DNA of 64,000 nucleotides, from contig CAUUHY010000001.1 of NCBI GenBank assembly GCA_963545265.1, positions 21,918 through 85,917 of the forward strand. Direction: 5' to 3'. The notes beneath the pieces are model-generated. The model was not told where the DNA came from and did not search any database. It worked only from the letters and a program-made list of their open reading frames with translations. This document shows positions 61,278-64,000 of this stretch, in pieces. The stretch comes from an uncultured Eubacteriales bacterium (GTDB taxonomy: Bacteria; Bacillota_I; Bacilli_A; RF39; UBA660). Every line of letters starts with the position of its first letter. The stretch's first letter is position 1. Made by a program: the position numbers and the translations under genes.

Positions 61278-62285
61278 ATGCAAAATAATAATATTAATAA
61301 AATAATAACAAATTCTTTACAAGTTAATAAAGATAATTTAAGTAAAAATATTAAAGCTATAATTATTCAAATTAAAAATGCTTTAGAAATTAATAAAGAA
61401 GCAATTAAAGCAGCAAATAGTATTGATAAAAAGAATAACAATGGTTTTATATTAGATTTTAATATTATTAAAAACATCTTTTCTAATTTAGAAAAAGAAA
61501 ACTTATTTTATGGTGATGTGACTCTTTCACAAAAAGATGAAGAAAAAAATATATTATATGGAACTCAAATAATGGATATAGGAAATGTCGTTGTTATTAC
61601 TGATGGTAATCCATATACTATCATTGAAATGATTATTAGAAATATAATGGCTGGAAATACAACAATATTTTCAAATAATGGTTTTATGTTTGGAACTAAT
61701 CAATTATTAATACAAATAATACAAAGTGTTTTAGAGCAATTTAATATATCTAAGTATTTAGTTCAAATATATGTGTCTGAAAATTTTGATGAAGTTTTAT
61801 CGAATTTTGCTAATATTGATTTAGTTGTCTGTATAGGTAATCATAGTTTTCAAAATATGATTTTAAATAAATCTAAAAATAGAACTATTGTTAGTGGATA
61901 TGAAAATTTTGATTTATATATAGAGGATGTTTCTCATATCGAATTTTTAAATAAAATAGTAAATACTGGTTTAAATATTCAATTATATATAAATAGTGAT
62001 ACTAACTTAGATCATTCTAGTGCTATAATGGTAAATGACATTGATGAAGCTATTGCTCAAATTAATTATAATGGTAGCAATTATAGTTCATCTATATTTA
62101 CCACATCAAAAGAAAATGCTTCTAAATTTATAAAAGAAGTAAAATCAAAAATAGTAACTATTAATACTAGTCCTACAATTGAAAGAATAATCGATATAAA
62201 ACAAAATGATTTGATTAATAAAAAAATTATAATTTATCCATTTAATTTTAAATTAGATGATAATATAGTAAAAGTTGAATTATAA
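61278..62285 (+). CDS. Divergent ProA-like (gamma-glutamyl phosphate reductase/ALDH superfamily) protein, possibly non-catalytic
   Basis: RBS AAGAGG; Rossmann region GNVVVITDGNPYTIIEMIIRNIMAGNTTIF and C-terminal AIAQINYNGSNYSSSIFTTSKENASKFIKEV...TINTSP parallel ProA (AIxHINxYGSxHSxAIxT...NAST), but no obvious catalytic Cys motif and shorter (336 aa). Confidence 0.35.
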   Translation: MQNNNINKIITNSLQVNKDNLSKNIKAIIIQIKNALEINKEAIKAANSIDKKNNNGFILDFNIIKNIFSNLEKENLFYGDVTLSQKDEEKNILYGTQIMDIGNVVVITDGNPYTIIEMIIRNIMAGNTTIFSNNGFMFGTNQLLIQIIQSVLEQFNISKYLVQIYVSENFDEVLSNFANIDLVVCIGNHSFQNMILNKSKNRTIVSGYENFDLYIEDVSHIEFLNKIVNTGLNIQLYINSDTNLDHSSAIMVNDIDEAIAQINYNGSNYSSSIFTTSKENASKFIKEVKSKIVTINTSPTIERIIDIKQNDLINKKIIIYPFNFKLDDNIVKVEL

Positions 62286-62322
62286 AAAGCGATGGCTTAA
62301 ATTACTAAGCCATCGCTTTTAT
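62286..62322. terminator. Bidirectional terminator between convergent genes
   Basis: aaaagcgatggctta/taagccatcgctttt perfect 15-bp stem. Confidence 0.65.
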
Positions 62323-62347
62323 ATATTATGATTATTATCCATTCTTT

Positions 62348-62548
62348 TTATTGATGTATAACATTTATATTTCTAGCTATTTTTATATTTGGGAATTTTA
62401 TTTCTAATCTAAATTCAACTATGTCGTTTATATTAATATTTTGATTAAAAGATATATCTTTATATTCAAAGTCTATTTCTTCATTATTTGCTAATTTAAT
62501 AGTACCAAATTTACCATTGTATTTAGTTATTTTTCCTAATAATTTCAT
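62348..62548 (-). CDS. Hypothetical small protein (66 aa), possibly an OB-fold
   Basis: Overlaps the stop of the upstream gene (ATGA); GKITKYNGKFGTI is vaguely cold-shock-like; weak. Confidence 0.35.
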   Translation of the reverse strand: MKLLGKITKYNGKFGTIKLANNEEIDFEYKDISFNQNININDIVEFRLEIKFPNIKIARNINVIHQ

Positions 62549-63945
62549 TTTATCACCTTATTATCTTTTGATTCTTTAATTTTTATAGTTATATTATCTT
62601 TTTGCATAACATCTTCAATTTCTTTTAATTTTGAAGGTATTCCCAATTCTTTTTTAATTGTTTCAATTTCAAAAAGTGTTTGAATATTATTTGTTGGTAA
62701 AATAACTTCTTCAATATTACCGTTATTTTTAATTGCTATATACCAATCTTCTCCACAAATAGCTCTAGAATATTCTTGAAAATAGAAAGGTTCAAAGTTC
62801 CTAGACATCTCTTCTTTTTTATTAGGGTCATTTTCTAAAGCAATTCTTAAAGTTCTTAATTTTGTAATTTCTTCTTCGGTTGGATTATAATTTATTTTCT
62901 TTCTAGATGGTTTATATTTAATTTTTTCTTTAGCATCAAAATTTAAATGTAATTCTTCTTCTTTTTCTTTTTTACTTCTTAATAAAAATCCAGAACTTGA
63001 AAGATCAGCATGAGGGAAGTAACCAACAAATTTGCTATCTTTAATTAAATTATATTCACTACAGTTTTCATCATATGAACTAGAAGAGTAATTAACAAAA
63101 ATATAATCGATATTATCATTTTTACTAATAGCTTTTTCCATGATTTGATCTGCTATTTTTTTATATAAATCGATAGATAAATTTTCTCCTGCCTTTGATA
63201 CCATTTGAATCACATTTCCACGTCTAAATATAAAAATTCTAGAAATAAGTTTATCGTTTTTATTTCTTATTAAAATAACATCTGCAGTATCTTTTATTAA
63301 AACTTCTTTATATGTTTCTACGCCAGCAGAATTTAATAAATCTATACAACTTTCATAACTTGGTCTTTTACCTATAAGTAACCTATTAGGATCTGAATAT
63401 CTCCCTGATTCTAAATTGTATTTTTCTGTTTTTAAAGAAATAGGGGGAATATAACCACTTTGTCTATTCATCATTAATTTATAAAATTCAAAGTATTTAG
63501 AACTATTTATCTCACCAAGTTCATTTATGACCTCTTCACCAAGAGATGCTAAAATTAAATCATCAACAGAATTATAAGCATTAGCTAAGAAAATAACATC
63601 ATCTATTTTTTTTAAAAGAGTAGTTTTAGAATCTTCAGTTTCATTATCTGTGTTTCCAATACTGACTTTATCTTTGATTCTATCGTAATTAGCTAGTATA
63701 TTGGTAAAAGTGTTAGTATTTAGTTCATCAATTAAATTTATAAATGGTAGTAAATAAGATATTTCACTAATTAACATTTTATTATTTAATATTTTTGTTA
63801 TTGTTTCATCATCTAATTTTATTAATAAATCTGAGAGATTTTTAATAGCTTTATCTTGATCTCCAATAACATAATTTTGTTTATGGTATCCGATTTTTGC
63901 TTTTTCACTATCATCTATTTCTAGTTCATCTTTATTTAAACTCAC
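62545..63945 (-). CDS. Hypothetical protein (466 aa)
   Basis: Long ORF with a downstream coupled small ORF; no recognisable motif. Confidence 0.5.
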   Translation of the reverse strand: MSLNKDELEIDDSEKAKIGYHKQNYVIGDQDKAIKNLSDLLIKLDDETITKILNNKMLISEISYLLPFINLIDELNTNTFTNILANYDRIKDKVSIGNTDNETEDSKTTLLKKIDDVIFLANAYNSVDDLILASLGEEVINELGEINSSKYFEFYKLMMNRQSGYIPPISLKTEKYNLESGRYSDPNRLLIGKRPSYESCIDLLNSAGVETYKEVLIKDTADVILIRNKNDKLISRIFIFRRGNVIQMVSKAGENLSIDLYKKIADQIMEKAISKNDNIDYIFVNYSSSSYDENCSEYNLIKDSKFVGYFPHADLSSSGFLLRSKKEKEEELHLNFDAKEKIKYKPSRKKINYNPTEEEITKLRTLRIALENDPNKKEEMSRNFEPFYFQEYSRAICGEDWYIAIKNNGNIEEVILPTNNIQTLFEIETIKKELGIPSKLKEIEDVMQKDNITIKIKESKDNKVIK

Positions 63946-64000
63946 ATTGTTTATATATTTTAATTTGATTTTTTCAAATTTTTTTCTTATGAAATTTCTA

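Overview
This window is a 64-kb stretch of an AT-rich low-GC Firmicutes (Bacillota) chromosome. The placement rests on standard genetic code with TGA as stop, RNase Y plus RNase J, T-box leaders, alpha2-type GlyRS and peptidoglycan enzymes, so it is a walled low-GC Gram-positive and not a Mollicute. Most of the window is housekeeping: ftsE-ftsX-M23 peptidase, an ABC exporter, uvrB, leuS, metG, glyQS, rny, trmB, rnj, trxB-like, a MurJ/Wzx-family flippase and TrmH and YgjP homologs. Three blocks look accessory. (1) 18.1-23.8 kb is a tightly coupled six-gene operon: a small acidic protein, a CooC-like ATPase, an Orn/DAP-family PLP decarboxylase, a CysK-like::rhodanese fusion, a SufS-like desulfurase and a Fur-family regulator. 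It sits behind a consensus sigma-A promoter with a Fur-family-style 7-1-7 palindrome, and I know of no described pathway with this composition. (2) 37.8-41.9 kb holds two overlapping large cytoplasmic ORFs (613 and 768 aa) with no recognisable domains, ending in a strong terminator and followed by a start-less NUDIX C-terminal fragment, which suggests an insertion or deletion scar. (3) 45.5-60.4 kb is a surface-protein locus. It encodes a membrane-anchored protein with four Cys-bracketed ~92-aa modules. It also encodes a pair of paralogous bitopic membrane proteins (1203 and 461 aa). The last gene is a 2377-aa giant adhesin built from ~9 Rib-like/TSP3-like Ca-binding repeat units with near-identical DNA repeats and a C-terminal TM anchor, followed by tRNA-Gly(UCC) and a ~650-bp AT-rich gene-poor stretch. 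Two T-box riboswitches (leuS, glyQS) are recognisable from the conserved GGTGGNACCGCGG core. All coordinates are approximate to a few nt and all starts are inferred.
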